Below, piece after piece: positions 25,686 through 40,464 of a stretch of 64,000 nucleotides of DNA. Source of the stretch: the human T2T-CHM13v2.0 reference genome, Homo sapiens. The notes beneath the pieces are model-generated. The model searched no databases. It was given only the letters and a program-made list of their open reading frames with translations, and had not been told where the DNA came from. The stretch lies in the NCBI RefSeq assembly GCF_009914755.1, contig NC_060930.1; one strand, written 5' to 3'. A program made the translations under genes and the position numbers. Numbering within the stretch: position 1 is the stretch's first letter; every line of letters starts with the position of its first letter.

Positions 25686-28600
25686 GGATCCTTCCTTTTG
25701 ATAGAGCAGTTTTGAAACCCTGTTTTTGTAGTATTTCCAAGCGGATATTCGGAACGCCTTGAAGCGTATGGTAGAAAAGGAAATATCTTCCCATAAAACC
25801 TAGACAGAACCAATCTCAGAAACGACTTTGTGATGTCTGCATTCAAGTCACAGAGTTGAACATTTCTCTTGATAGAGCAGTTTTGAAACCCTCTTTCTGA
25901 AGGATCTGCAAGTGGATATTTGGAACTCCTTTGGGTCTTCGTTGGAAACGGGATTTCTTCGTATAAATCTAGACAGAAGAATTCTCCGAAACTTCTTTGG
26001 TTGTGTGCATTCAAGTCACAGAGTGGAACCTTCCTTTGGATAGAGCAGTTTGAAACGCCGTGGTTGTAGTATTTCCAAGCGGATATTAGAGCGCCTTGAG
26101 GCCTATGGTAGAAAAGGAAATATCTTCCCATAAAACCTAGACGGAAGCAATCTCAGAAACTACTGTGTGATGGCTGCATTCCACACACACGGTGGAACAT
26201 TTCTCTTGATAGAGCAGTTTTGAAACACTCTTTCTGTAGAATCTGCAAGTGGATAATTGGACCGCCTTGAGGCCTTCGTTGGAAACGGGATTTCTTCATG
26301 TTACTCTAGATAGAAGAATTCTCAAACACTGCTATGTGATGTTTGCATTCAAGTCACAGAGTGCAACATTCCTCTTGGTAGAGCAGTTGGGAAACACTCC
26401 TTTTGTAGAATCTGCAATGGGATATTTGGACTTCTTTGAGGCCTTCGTTGGAAACGGGATTTCTTCGTATGAATCTAGACAGAAGAATTCTCAGAAACTT
26501 CCTTGTGATGTGTGCATTCAACTCAGCGAGTGGCACCTTCCTTTGGATACAGCAGTTTTGAAACACTGTTTTTGTAGTATTTCCAAGCGGATATTTAGAG
26601 CGCCTTGAAGCCTATGCTAGAAATGGAAATATCTCCCCATAAAACCAAGACGGAAGCAATCTCAGAAACTAATGTGTGATGGCTGCATTCCACACACACG
26701 GTGGACCATTTCTCTTGATAGAGCAGTTTTGAAACACTCTTTCTGTAGAATCTGCAAGTGGATAATTGGACCTCCTAGAGGCCTTCGTTGGAAACGGGAT
26801 TTCTTCATCTAAACCTACAGAGAAGAATTCTCAGTAACTTCTTCGGATGTGTGCATTCGACGCACAGAATGGAACATTCCCTTTGATAGAGCAGTTTTGA
26901 GACACCGTTTTTGTAGAATTCCCAAGTGGATATTTAGAGCACTTTGAAGTCTCTGCTAGAAAAGGAAACATCTTCATGTAAAAAGTAGATAGAATCGTTC
27001 TCAGAAAGTGCTTAGTGACGTGTGCGTTCAACTCACAGAGTTTAACGTTTCTTTTGATAGAGCGTTTCTGAAACACCCTTCTTGTAGTAGCTGCAAGTGG
27101 ATATTTGGACCTATTGGAGGCCTTCTTTGGAAATGGGATTTCTTCATGTAACTCTAGATTGAAGAGTTCTCAGAAACTCCTTTGTGATGTGTGCATTCAA
27201 TTCAAAGAGTGAAACCTCCCTTTTCACAGAGCAGTTTTGAAACACTGTTTTTGTAGGATTTCCAAGGGGATATTTATAGCGCATTGAGCCTACGGCGGAA
27301 AAAGAAACATCTTCCTATAAAAACTAGACAGAATACTTCTCAGAATCTGCTTTGCGATGTGTGCGTTCAACTCACAGAGTAAAACTTTTCTTTTGATAGA
27401 GCAGTTTTGAAACACTCTTTTTGTAGTATTTGCATGTGTATATTTAGAGCGCATTGAAGCCCACAGTAGAAAAGGAAATAACTTCACCTAAAACCTAGAC
27501 AGAAGCAATCTCAGAAACTACTTTGTGATGTGTACATTCAACTCACAGAGTGGAACTTTCCTCTTTATAGAGCAGTGTTGAAACACTCTTTTTGTAGAAA
27601 CTGCAAGTGGATATTTGGACCTCTTTGAGGCCTTCGTTGGAAACGGGATTTCTTCCTATAACCCTAGACAGAAGAATTTTCAGAAACCTCATTGTGATGT
27701 GTGCGTTCATCTCACAGAGTGGAGTCTTCCGTTTGATAGAGAAGTTTTGAAACCCTGTTCTTGTAGGATTTCCAAGTGGATATTTAGACCACTTTGAAGC
27801 CTATGATAGAAAAGGAAACATCTTCATGGAAAACATAGATAGAATCATCCTCAGAAACAACTTTGTGATGTGTGCGTTGAACTCACCGTCTTTAACCTTT
27901 CTTTTGGTAGAGAAGTTTTGAAACACTCTCTTTGTAAAGTCTACAAGTGGATATTTTGAGCCCTTGGAGGCATTCTTTGGAAAAGGGAATGTCTTCACAT
28001 AAAAGGCAGACGGAAGTGTTCTCAGAAACTGCTTTGTGATGTCTGTGTTCAACTCACAGAGTTTAACATTTCCTTTGATAGAGCGGTTTAGTAACCCTCT
28101 CTTTGTAGAATTTGGAAGTGTATACTAAGAGCGCTTTGAGGCCTATGGTAGAAAAGGAAATATCTTTCCATAAAAGCTAGACAGAAGCAATCTCAGAAAC
28201 TCCTTTGCGATGTCTGCATTCAACTCACCGAGTGGAACATTCCTCTTGAGAGAGCAGTTTGGAAACACTCTTTCTGTAGAATCAGCTTGTTTGTATTTGG
28301 ACCTCCTTGAGGCCTTCGTTGGAAACGGGTTTTCATCTTATAAACCCAGACAGAAGAATTCTCAGAGTCTTCTTTGTGATGTGTGCTTTCAACTCACCGA
28401 GATAAAGATTTCTCTTGATAGAGCAATTTGGAAACACTCTTTTTGTAGAATTTGCAAGGGTACATTGAGAGCGCTTTCAGGCCTATGGTAGAAAAGGGAA
28501 TATCTTTCCATAAAAGGTAGACAGAAGCAATCTCAGAAACTACTTTGTGATGTGTGCATTCAACTCACCGAGTGCAACGTTCCTCTTGACCGAGCAGTTT

Positions 28601-31600
28601 GGAAACATTGTTTCTGTAGAATCTGCAAGTGGATATTTGGACCTCTTTGAGGCCTTCGTTGGAAACGGGATTTCTTCCTATAAACCCAGACAGAAGAATT
28701 CTCAGAGACTTCTTTGTGATGTGTGAATTCAACTCACAGTGTGGATCCTTCCTTTTGATAGAGCAGTTTTGAAACCCTGTTTTTGTAGTATTTCCAAGCG
28801 GATATTCGGAACGCCTTGAAGCGTATGGTAGAAAAGGAAATATCTTCCCATAAAACCTAGACAGAACCAATCTCAGAAACGACTTTGTGATGTCTGCATT
28901 CAAGTCACAGAGTTGAACATTTCTCTTGATAGAGCAGTTTTGAAACCCTCTTTCTGAAGGATCTGCAAGTGGATATTTGGAACTCCTTTGGGTCTTCGTT
29001 GGAAACGGGATTTCTTCGTATAAATCTAGACAGAAGAATTCTCCGAAACTTCTTTGGTTGTGTGCATTCAAGTCACAGAGTGGAACCTTCCTTTGGATAG
29101 AGCAGTTTGAAACGCCGTGGTTGTAGTATTTCCAAGCGGATATTAGAGCGCCTTGAGGCCTATGGTAGAAAAGGAAATATCTTCCCATAAAACCTAGACG
29201 GAAGCAATCTCAGAAACTACTGTGTGATGGCTGCATTCCACACACACGGTGGAACATTTCTCTTGATAGAGCAGTTTTGAAACACTCTTTCTGTAGAATC
29301 TGCAAGTGGATAATTGGACCGCCTTGAGGCCTTCGTTGGAAACGGGATTTCTTCATGTTACTCTAGATAGAAGAATTCTCAAACACTGCTATGTGATGTT
29401 TGCATTCAAGTCACAGAGTGCAACATTCCTCTTGGTAGAGCAGTTGGGAAACACTCCTTTTGTAGAATCTGCAATGGGATATTTGGACTTCTTTGAGGCC
29501 TTCGTTGGAAACGGGATTTCTTCGTATGAATCTAGACAGAAGAATTCTCAGAAACTTCCTTGTGATGTGTGCATTCAACTCAGCGAGTGGCACCTTCCTT
29601 TGGATACAGCAGTTTTGAAACACTGTTTTTGTAGTATTTCCAAGCGGATATTTAGAGCGCCTTGAAGCCTATGCTAGAAATGGAAATATCTCCCCATAAA
29701 ACCAAGACAGAAGCAATCTCAGAAACTAATGTGTGATGGCTGCATTCCACACACACGGTGGACCATTTCTCTTGATAGAGCAGTTTTGAAACACTCTTTC
29801 TGTAGAATCTGCAAGTGGATAATTGGACCTCCTAGAGGCCTTCGTTGGAAACGGGATTTCTTCATCTAAACCTACAGAGAAGAATTCTCAGTAACTTCTT
29901 CGGATGTGTGCATTCGACGCACAGAATGGAACATTCCCTTTGATAGAGCAGTTTTGAGACACCGTTTTTGTAGAATTCCCAAGTGGATATTTAGAGCACT
30001 TTGAAGTCTCTGCTAGAAAAGGAAACATCTTCATGTAAAAAGTAGATAGAATCGTTCTCAGAAAGTGCTTAGTGACGTGTGCGTTCAACTCACAGAGTTT
30101 AACGTTTCTTTTGATAGAGCGTTTCTGAAACACCCTTCTTGTAGTAGCTGCAAGTGGATATTTGGACCTATTGGAGGCCTTCTTTGGAAATGGGATTTCT
30201 TCATGTAACTCTAGATTGAAGAGTTCTCAGAAACTCCTTTGTGATGTGTGCATTCAATTCAAAGAGTGAAACCTCCCTTTTCACAGAGCAGTTTTGAAAC
30301 ACTGTTTTTGTAGGATTTCCAAGGGGATATTTATAGCGCATTGAGCCTACGGCGGAAAAAGAAACATCTTCCTATAAAAACTAGACAGAATACTTCTCAG
30401 AATCTGCTTTGCGATGTGTGCGTTCAACTCACAGAGTAAAACTTTTCTTTTGATAGAGCAGTTTTGAAACACTCTTTTTGTAGTATTTGCATGTGTATAT
30501 TTAGAGCGCATTGAAGCCCACAGTAGAAAAGGAAATAACTTCACCTAAAACCTAGACAGAAGCAATCTCAGAAACTACTTTGTGATGTGTACATTCAACT
30601 CACAGAGTGGAACTTTCCTCTTTATAGAGCAGTGTTGAAACACTCTTTTTGTAGAAACTGCAAGTGGATATTTGGACCTCTTTGAGGCCTTCGTTGGAAA
30701 CGGGATTTCTTCCTATAACCCTAGACAGAAGAATTTTCAGAAACCTCATTGTGATGTGTGCGTTCATCTCACAGAGTGGAGTCTTCCGTTTGATAGAGAA
30801 GTTTTGAAACCCTGTTCTTGTAGGATTTCCAAGTGGATATTTAGACCACTTTGAAGCCTATGATAGAAAAGGAAACATCTTCATGGAAAACATAGATAGA
30901 ATCATCCTCAGAAACAACTTTGTGATGTGTGCGTTGAACTCACCGTCTTTAACCTTTCTTTTGGTAGAGAAGTTTTGAAACACTCTCTTTGTAAAGTCTA
31001 CAAGTGGATATTTTGAGCCCTTGGAGGCATTCTTTGGAAAAGGGAATGTCTTCACATAAAAGGCAGACGGAAGTGTTCTCAGAAACTGCTTTGTGATGTC
31101 TGTGTTCAACTCACAGAGTTTAACATTTCCTTTGATAGAGCGGTTTAGTAACCCTCTCTTTGTAGAATTTGGAAGTGTATACTAAGAGCGCTTTGAGGCC
31201 TATGGTAGAAAAGGAAATATCTTTCCATAAAAGCTAGACAGAAGCAATCTCAGAAACTCCTTTGCGATGTCTGCATTCAACTCACCGAGTGGAACATTCC
31301 TCTTGAGAGAGCAGTTTGGAAACACTCTTTCTGTAGAATCAGCTTGTTTGTATTTGGACCTCCTTGAGGCCTTCGTTGGAAACGGGTTTTCATCTTATAA
31401 ACCCAGACAGAAGAATTCTCAGAGTCTTCTTTGTGATGTGTGCTTTCAACTCACCGAGATAAAGATTTCTCTTGATAGAGCAATTTGGAAACACTCTTTT
31501 TGTAGAATTTGCAAGGGTACATTGAGAGCGCTTTCAGGCCTATGGTAGAAAAGGGAATATCTTTCCATAAAAGGTAGACAGAAGCAATCTCAGAAACTAC

Positions 31601-34600
31601 TTTGTGATGTGTGCATTCAACTCACCGAGTGCAACGTTCCTCTTGACCGAGCAGTTTGGAAACATTGTTTCTGTAGAATCTGCAAGTGGATATTTGGACC
31701 TCTTTGAGGCCTTCGTTGGAAACGGGATTTCTTCCTATAAACCCAGACAGAAGAATTCTCAGAGACTTCTTTGTGATGTGTGAATTCAACTCACAGTGTG
31801 GATCCTTCCTTTTGATAGAGCAGTTTTGAAACCCTGTTTTTGTAGTATTTCCAAGCGGATATTTGGAACGCCTTGAAGCGTATGGTAGAAAAGGAAATAT
31901 CTTCCCATAAAACCTAGACAGAACCAATCTCAGAAACGACTTTGTGATGTCTGCATTCAAGTCACAGAGTTGAACATTTCTCTTGATAGAGCAGTTTTGA
32001 AACCCTCTTTCTGAAGGATCTGCAAGTGGATATTTGGAACTCCTTTGGGTCTTCGTTGGAAACGGGATTTCTTCGTATAAATCTAGACAGAAGAATTCTC
32101 CGAAACTTCTTTGGTTGTGTGCATTCAAGTCACAGAGTGGAACCTTCCTTTGGATAGAGCAGTTTGAAACGCCGTGGTTGTAGTATTTCCAAGCGGATAT
32201 TAGAGCGCCTTGAGGCCTATGGTAGAAAAGGAAATATCTTCCCATAAAACCTAGACGGAAGCAATCTCAGAAACTACTGTGTGATGGCTGCATTCCACAC
32301 ACACGGTGGAACATTTCTCTTGATAGAGCAGTTTTGAAACACTCTTTCTGTAGAATCTGCAAGTGGATAATTGGACCGCCTTGAGGCCTTCGTTGGAAAC
32401 GGGATTTCTTCATGTTACTCTAGATAGAAGAATTCTCAAACACTGCTATGTGATGTTTGCATTCAAGTCACAGAGTGCAACATTCCTCTTGGTAGAGCAG
32501 TTGGGAAACACTCCTTTTGTAGAATCTGCAATGGGATATTTGGACTTCTTTGAGGCCTTCGTTGGAAACGGGATTTCTTCGTATGAATCTAGACAGAAGA
32601 ATTCTCAGAAACTTCCTTGTGATGTGTGCATTCAACTCAGCGAGTGGCACCTTCCTTTGGATACAGCAGTTTTGAAACACTGTTTTTGTAGTATTTCCAA
32701 GCGGATATTTAGAGCGCCTTGAAGCCTATGCTAGAAATGGAAATATCTCCCCATAAAACCAAGACAGAAGCAATCTCAGAAACTAATGTGTGATGGCTGC
32801 ATTCCACACACACGGTGGACCATTTCTCTTGATAGAGCAGTTTTGAAACACTCTTTCTGTAGAATCTGCAAGTGGATAATTGGACCTCCTAGAGGCCTTC
32901 GTTGGAAACGGGATTTCTTCATCTAAACCTACAGAGAAGAATTCTCAGTAACTTCTTCGGATGTGTGCATTCGACGCACAGAATGGAACATTCCCTTTGA
33001 TAGAGCAGTTTTGAGACACCGTTTTTGTAGAATTCCCAAGTGGATATTTAGAGCACTTTGAAGTCTCTGCTAGAAAAGGAAACATCTTCATGTAAAAAGT
33101 AGATAGAATCGTTCTCAGAAAGTGCTTAGTGACGTGTGCGTTCAACTCACAGAGTTTAACGTTTCTTTTGATAGAGCGTTTCTGAAACACCCTTCTTGTA
33201 GTAGCTGCAAGTGGATATTTGGACCTATTGGAGGCCTTCTTTGGAAATGGGATTTCTTCATGTAACTCTAGATTGAAGAGTTCTCAGAAACTCCTTTGTG
33301 ATGTGTGCATTCAATTCAAAGAGTGAAACCTCCCTTTTCACAGAGCAGTTTTGAAACACTGTTTTTGTAGGATTTCCAAGGGGATATTTATAGCGCATTG
33401 AGCCTACGGCGGAAAAAGAAACATCTTCCTATAAAAACTAGACAGAATACTTCTCAGAATCTGCTTTGCGATGTGTGCGTTCAACTCACAGAGTAAAACT
33501 TTTCTTTTGATAGAGCAGTTTTGAAACACTCTTTTTGTAGTATTTGCATGTGTATATTTAGAGCGCATTGAAGCCCACAGTAGAAAAGGAAATAACTTCA
33601 CCTAAAACCTAGACAGAAGCAATCTCAGAAACTACTTTGTGATGTGTACATTCAACTCACAGAGTGGAACTTTCCTCTTTATAGAGCAGTGTTGAAACAC
33701 TCTTTTTGTAGAAACTGCAAGTGGATATTTGGACCTCTTTGAGGCCTTCGTTGGAAACGGGATTTCTTCCTATAACCCTAGACAGAAGAATTTTCAGAAA
33801 CCTCATTGTGATGTGTGCGTTCATCTCACAGAGTGGAGTCTTCCGTTTGATAGAGAAGTTTTGAAACCCTGTTCTTGTAGGATTTCCAAGTGGATATTTA
33901 GACCACTTTGAAGCCTATGATAGAAAAGGAAACATCTTCATGGAAAACATAGATAGAATCATCCTCAGAAACAACTTTGTGATGTGTGCGTTGAACTCAC
34001 CGTCTTTAACCTTTCTTTTGGTAGAGAAGTTTTGAAACACTCTCTTTGTAAAGTCTACAAGTGGATATTTTGAGCCCTTGGAGGCATTCTTTGGAAAAGG
34101 GAATGTCTTCACATAAAAGGCAGACGGAAGTGTTCTCAGAAACTGCTTTGTGATGTCTGTGTTCAACTCACAGAGTTTAACATTTCCTTTGATAGAGCGG
34201 TTTAGTAACCCTCTCTTTGTAGAATTTGGAAGTGTATACTAAGAGCGCTTTGAGGCCTATGGTAGAAAAGGAAATATCTTTCCATAAAAGCTAGACAGAA
34301 GCAATCTCAGAAACTCCTTTGCGATGTCTGCATTCAACTCACCGAGTGGAACATTCCTCTTGAGAGAGCAGTTTGGAAACACTCTTTCTGTAGAATCAGC
34401 TTGTTTGTATTTGGACCTCCTTGAGGCCTTCGTTGGAAACGGGTTTTCATCTTATAAACCCAGACAGAAGAATTCTCAGAGTCTTCTTTGTGATGTGTGC
34501 TTTCAACTCACCGAGATAAAGATTTCTCTTGATAGAGCAATTTGGAAACACTCTTTTTGTAGAATTTGCAAGGGTACATTGAGAGCGCTTTCAGGCCTAT

Positions 34601-34856
34601 GGTAGAAAAGGGAATATCTTTCCATAAAAGGTAGACAGAAGCAATCTCAGAAACTACTTTGTGATGTGTGCATTCAACTCACCGAGTGCAACGTTCCTCT
34701 TGACCGAGCAGTTTGGAAACATTGTTTCTGTAGAATCTGCAAGTGGATATTTGGACCTCTTTGAGGCCTTCGTTGGAAACGGGATTTCTTCCTATAAACC
34801 CAGACAGAAGAATTCTCAGAGACTTCTTTGTGATGTGTGAATTCAACTCACAGTGT
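25686..34856 (+). repeat. Three consecutive 18-mer HORs
   Basis: BamHI sites at 25686, 28743, 31800, 34857. Confidence 0.95.
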
Positions 34857-37407
34857 GGATCCTTCCTTTTGATAGAGCAGTTTTGAAACCCTGTTTTTGT
34901 AGTATTTCCAAGCGGATATTTGGAACGCCTTGAAGCGTATGGTAGAAAAGGAAATATCTTCCCATAAAACCTAGACAGAACCAATCTCAGAAACGACTTT
35001 GTGATGTCTGCATTCAAGTCACAGAGTTGAACATTTCTCTTGATAGAGCAGTTTTGAAACCCTCTTTCTGAAGGATCTGCAAGTGGATATTTGGAACTCC
35101 TTTGGGTCTTCGTTGGAAACGGGATTTCTTCGTATAAATCTAGACAGAAGAATTCTCAGAAACTTCCTTGTGATGTGTGCATTCAACTCAGCGAGTGGCA
35201 CCTTCCTTTGGATACAGCAGTTTTGAAACACTGTTTTTGTAGTATTTCCAAGCGGATATTTAGAGCGCCTTGAAGCCTATGCTAGAAATGGAAATATCTC
35301 CCCATAAAACCAAGACGGAAGCAATCTCAGAAACTAATGTGTGATGGCTGCATTCCACACACACGGTGGACCATTTCTCTTGATAGAGCAGTTTTGAAAC
35401 ACTCTTTCTGTAGAATCTGCAAGTGGATAATTGGACCTCCGAGAGGCCTTCGTTGGAAACGGGATTTCTTCATCTAAACCTACAGAGAAGTATTCTCAGT
35501 AACTTCTTCGGATGTGTGCATTCGACGCACAGAATGGAACATTCCCTTTGATAGAGCAGTTTTGAGACACCGTTTTTGTAGAATTCCCAAGTGGATATTT
35601 AGAGCACTTTGAAGTCTCTGCTAGAAAAGGAAACATCATCATGTAAAAAGTAGATAGAATCGTTCTCAGAAAGTGCTTAGTGTCGTGTGCGTTCAACTCA
35701 CAGAGTTTAACGTTTCTTTTGATAGAGCGTTTCTGAAACACCCTTCTTGTAGTAGCTGCAAGTGGATATTTGGACCTATTGGAGGCCTTCTTTGGAAACG
35801 GGATTTCTTCATGTAACTCTAGATTGAAGAATTCTCAGAAACTCCTTTGTGATGTGTGCATTCAATTCAAAGAGTGAAACCTCTCTTTTCACAGAGCAGT
35901 TTTGAAACACTGTTTTTGTAGGATTTCCAAGGGGATATTTATAGCGCATTGAGCCTACGGCGGAAAAAGAAACATCTTCCTATAAAAACTAGACAGAATA
36001 CTTCTCAGAATCTGCTTTGCGATGTGTGCGTTCAACTCACAGAGTAAAACTTTTCTTTTGATAGAGCAGTTTTGAAACACTCTTTTTGTAGTATTTGCAT
36101 GTGTATATTTAGAGCGCATTGAAGCCCACAGTAGAAAAGGAAATAACTTCACCTAAAACCTAGACAGAAGCAATCTCAGAAACTACTTTGTGATGTGTAC
36201 ATTCAACTCACAGAGTGGAACTTTCCTCTTTATAGAGCAGTGTTGAAACACTCTTTTTGTAGAAACTGCAAGTGGATATTTGGACCTCTTTGAGGCCTTC
36301 GTTGGAAACGGGATTTCTTCCTATAACCCTAGACAGAAGAATTTTCAGAAACCTCATTGTGATGTGTGCGTTCATCTCACAGAGTGGAGTCTTCCGTTTG
36401 ATAGAGAAGTTTTGAAACCCTGTTCTTGTAGGATTTCCAAGTGGATATTTAGACCACTTTGAAGCCTATGATAGAAAAGGAAACATCTTCATGGAAAACA
36501 TAGATAGAATCATCCTCAGAAACAACTTTGTGATGTGTGCGTTGAACTCACCGTCTTTAACCTTTCTTTTGGTAGAGAAGTTTTGAAACACTCTCTTTGT
36601 AAAGTCTACAAGTGGATATTTTGAGCCCTTGGAGGCATTCTTTGGAAAAGGGAATGTCTTCACATAAAAGGCAGACGGAAGTGTTCTCAGAAACTGCTTT
36701 GTGATGTCTGTGTTCAACTCACAGAGTTTAACATTTCCTTTGATAGAGCGGTTTAGTAACCCTCTCTTTGTAGAATTTGGAAGTGTATACTAAGAGCGCT
36801 TTGAGGCCTATGGTAGAAAAGGAAATATCTTTCCATAAAAGCTAGACAGAAGCAATCTCAGAAACTCCTCTGTGATGTCTGCATTCAACTCACCGAGTGG
36901 AACATTCCTCTTGATAGAGCAGTTTGGAAACACTCTTTCTGTAGAATCAGCTTGTTTGTATTTGGACCTCCTTGAGGCCTTCGTTGGAAACGGGTTTTCA
37001 TCTTATAAACCCAGACAGAAGAATTCTCAGAGTCTTCTTTGTGATGTGTGCTTTCAACTCACCGAGATAAAGATTTCTCTTGATAGAGCAATTTGGAAAC
37101 ACTCTTTTTGTAGAATTTGCAAGGGTACATTGAGAGCGCTTTCAGGCCTATGGTAGAAAAGGGAATATCTTTCCATAAAAGGTAGACAGAAGCAATCTCA
37201 GAAACTACTTTGTGATGTGTGCATTCAACTCACCGAGTGCAACGTTCCTCTTGACCGAGCAGTTTGGAAACATTGTTTCTGTAGAATCTGCAAGTGGATA
37301 TTTGGACCTCTTTGAGGCCTTCGTTGGAAACGGGATTTCTTCCTATAAACCCAGACAGAAGAATTCTCAGAGACTTCTTTGTGATGTGTGAATTCAACTC
37401 ACAGTGT
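34857..37407 (+). repeat. 15-mer HOR variant #4
   Basis: 2551 bp; junction at 35137-35157. Confidence 0.95.
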
Positions 37408-40400
37408 GGATCCTTCCTTTTGATAGAGCAGTTTTGAAACCCTGTTTTTGTAGTATTTCCAAGCGGATATTCGGAACGCCTTGAAGCGTATGGTAGAAAA
37501 GGAAATATCTTCCCATAAAACCTAGACAGAACCAATCTCAGAAACGACTTTGTGATGTCTGCATTCAAGTCACAGAGTTGAACATTTCTCTTGATAGAGC
37601 AGTTTTGAAACCCTCTTTCTGAAGGATCTGCAAGTGGATATTTGGAACTCCTTTGGGTCTTCGTTGGAAACGGGATTTCTTCGTATAAATCTAGACAGAA
37701 GAATTCTCCGAAACTTCTTTGGTTGTGTGCATTCAAGTCACAGAGTGGAACCTTCCTTTGGATAGAGCAGTTTGAAACGCCGTGGTTGTAGTATTTCCAA
37801 GCGGATATTAGAGCGCCTTGAGGCCTATGGTAGAAAAGGAAATATCTTCCCATAAAACCTAGACGGAAGCAATCTCAGAAACTACTGTGTGATGGCTGCA
37901 TTCCACACACACGGTGGAACATTTCTCTTGATAGAGCAGTTTTGAAACACTCTTTCTGTAGAATCTGCAAGTGGATAATTGGACCGCCTTGAGGCCTTCG
38001 TTGGAAACGGGATTTCTTCATGTTACTCTAGATAGAAGAATTCTCAAACACTGCTATGTGATGTTTGCATTCAAGTCACAGAGTGCAACATTCCTCTTGG
38101 TAGAGCAGTTGGGAAACACTCCTTTTGTAGAATCTGCAATGGGATATTTGGACTTCTTTGAGGCCTTCGTTGGAAACGGGATTTCTTCGTATGAATCTAG
38201 ACAGAAGAATTCTCAGAAACTTCCTTGTGATGTGTGCATTCAACTCAGCGAGTGGCACCTTCCTTTGGATACAGCAGTTTTGAAACACTGTTTTTGTAGT
38301 ATTTCCAAGCGGATATTTAGAGCGCCTTGAAGCCTATGCTAGAAATGGAAATATCTCCCCATAAAACCAAGACAGAAGCAATCTCAGAAACTAATGTGTG
38401 ATGGCTGCATTCCACACACACGGTGGACCATTTCTCTTGATAGAGCAGTTTTGAAACACTCTTTCTGTAGAATCTGCAAGTGGATAATTGGACCTCCTAG
38501 AGGCCTTCGTTGGAAACGGGATTTCTTCATCTAAACCTACAGAGAAGAATTCTCAGTAACTTCTTCGGATGTGTGCATTCGACGCACAGAATGGAACATT
38601 CCCTTTGATAGAGCAGTTTTGAGACACCGTTTTTGTAGAATTCCCAAGTGGATATTTAGAGCACTTTGAAGTCTCTGCTAGAAAAGGAAACATCTTCATG
38701 TAAAAAGTAGATAGAATCGTTCTCAGAAAGTGCTTAGTGTCGTGTGCGTTCAACTCACAGAGTTTAACGTTTCTTTTGATAGAGCGTTTCTGAAACACCC
38801 TTCTTGTAGTAGCTGCAAGTGGATATTTGGACCTATTGGAGGCCTTCTTTGGAAATGGGATTTCTTCATGTAACTCTAGATTGAAGAGTTCTCAGAAACT
38901 CCTTTGTGATGTGTGCATTCAATTCAAAGAGTGAAACCTCCCTTTTCACAGAGCAGTTTTGAAACACTGTTTTTGTAGGATTTCCAAGGGGATATTTATA
39001 GCGCATTGAGCCTACGGCGGAAAAAGAAACATCTTCCTATAAAAACTAGACAGAATACTTCTCAGAATCTGCTTTGCGATGTGTGCGTTCAACTCACAGA
39101 GTAAAACTTTTCTTTTGATAGAGCAGTTTTGAAACACTCTTTTTGTAGTATTTGCATGTGTATATTTAGAGCGCATTGAAGCCCACAGTAGAAAAGGAAA
39201 TAACTTCACCTAAAACCTAGACAGAAGCAATCTCAGAAACTACTTTGTGATGTGTACATTCAACTCACAGAGTGGAACTTTCCTCTTTATAGAGCAGTGT
39301 TGAAACACTCTTTTTGTAGAAACTGCAAGTGGATATTTGGACCTCTTTGAGGCCTTCGTTGGAAACGGGATTTCTTCCTATAACCCTAGACAGAAGAATT
39401 TTCAGAAACCTCATTGTGATGTGTGCGTTCATCTCACAGAGTGGAGTCTTCCGTTTGATAGAGAAGTTTTGAAACCCTGTTCTTGTAGGATTTCCAAGTG
39501 GATATTTAGACCACTTTGAAGCCTATGATAGAAAAGGAAACATCTTCATGGAAAACATAGATAGAATCATCCTCAGAAACAACTTTGTGATGTGTGCGTT
39601 GAACTCACCGTCTTTAACCTTTCTTTTGGTAGAGAAGTTTTGAAACACTCTCTTTGTAAAGTCTACAAGTGGATATTTTGAGCCCTTGGAGGCATTCTTT
39701 GGAAAAGGGAATGTCTTCACATAAAAGGCAGACGGAAGTGTTCTCAGAAACTGCTTTGTGATGTCTGTGTTCAACTCACAGAGTTTAACATTTCCTTTGA
39801 TAGAGCGGTTTAGTAACCCTCTCTTTGTAGAATTTGGAAGTGTATACTAAGAGCGCTTTGAGGCCTATGGTAGAAAAGGAAATATCTTTCCATAAAAGCT
39901 AGACAGAAGCAATCTCAGAAACTCCTTTGCGATGTCTGCATTCAACTCACCGAGTGGAACATTCCTCTTGAGAGAGCAGTTTGGAAACACTCTTTCTGTA
40001 GAATCAGCTTGTTTGTATTTGGACCTCCTTGAGGCCTTCGTTGGAAACGGGTTTTCATCTTATAAACCCAGACAGAAGAATTCTCAGAGTCTTCTTTGTG
40101 ATGTGTGCTTTCAACTCACCGAGATAAAGATTTCTCTTGATAGAGCAATTTGGAAACACTCTTTTTGTAGAATTTGCAAGGGTACATTGAGAGCGCTTTC
40201 AGGCCTATGGTAGAAAAGGGAATATCTTTCCATAAAAGGTAGACAGAAGCAATCTCAGAAACTACTTTGTGATGTGTGCATTCAACTCACCGAGTGCAAC
40301 GTTCCTCTTGACCGAGCAGTTTGGAAACATTGTTTCTGTAGAATCTGCAAGTGGATATTTGGACCTCTTTGAGGCCTTCGTTGGAAACGGGATTTCTTCC

Positions 40401-40464
40401 TATAAACCCAGACAGAAGAATTCTCAGAGACTTCTTTGTGATGTGTGAATTCAACTCACAGTGT
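37408..40464 (+). repeat. 18-mer HOR
   Basis: 3057 bp; same marker pattern as 20078-23134. Confidence 0.95.
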
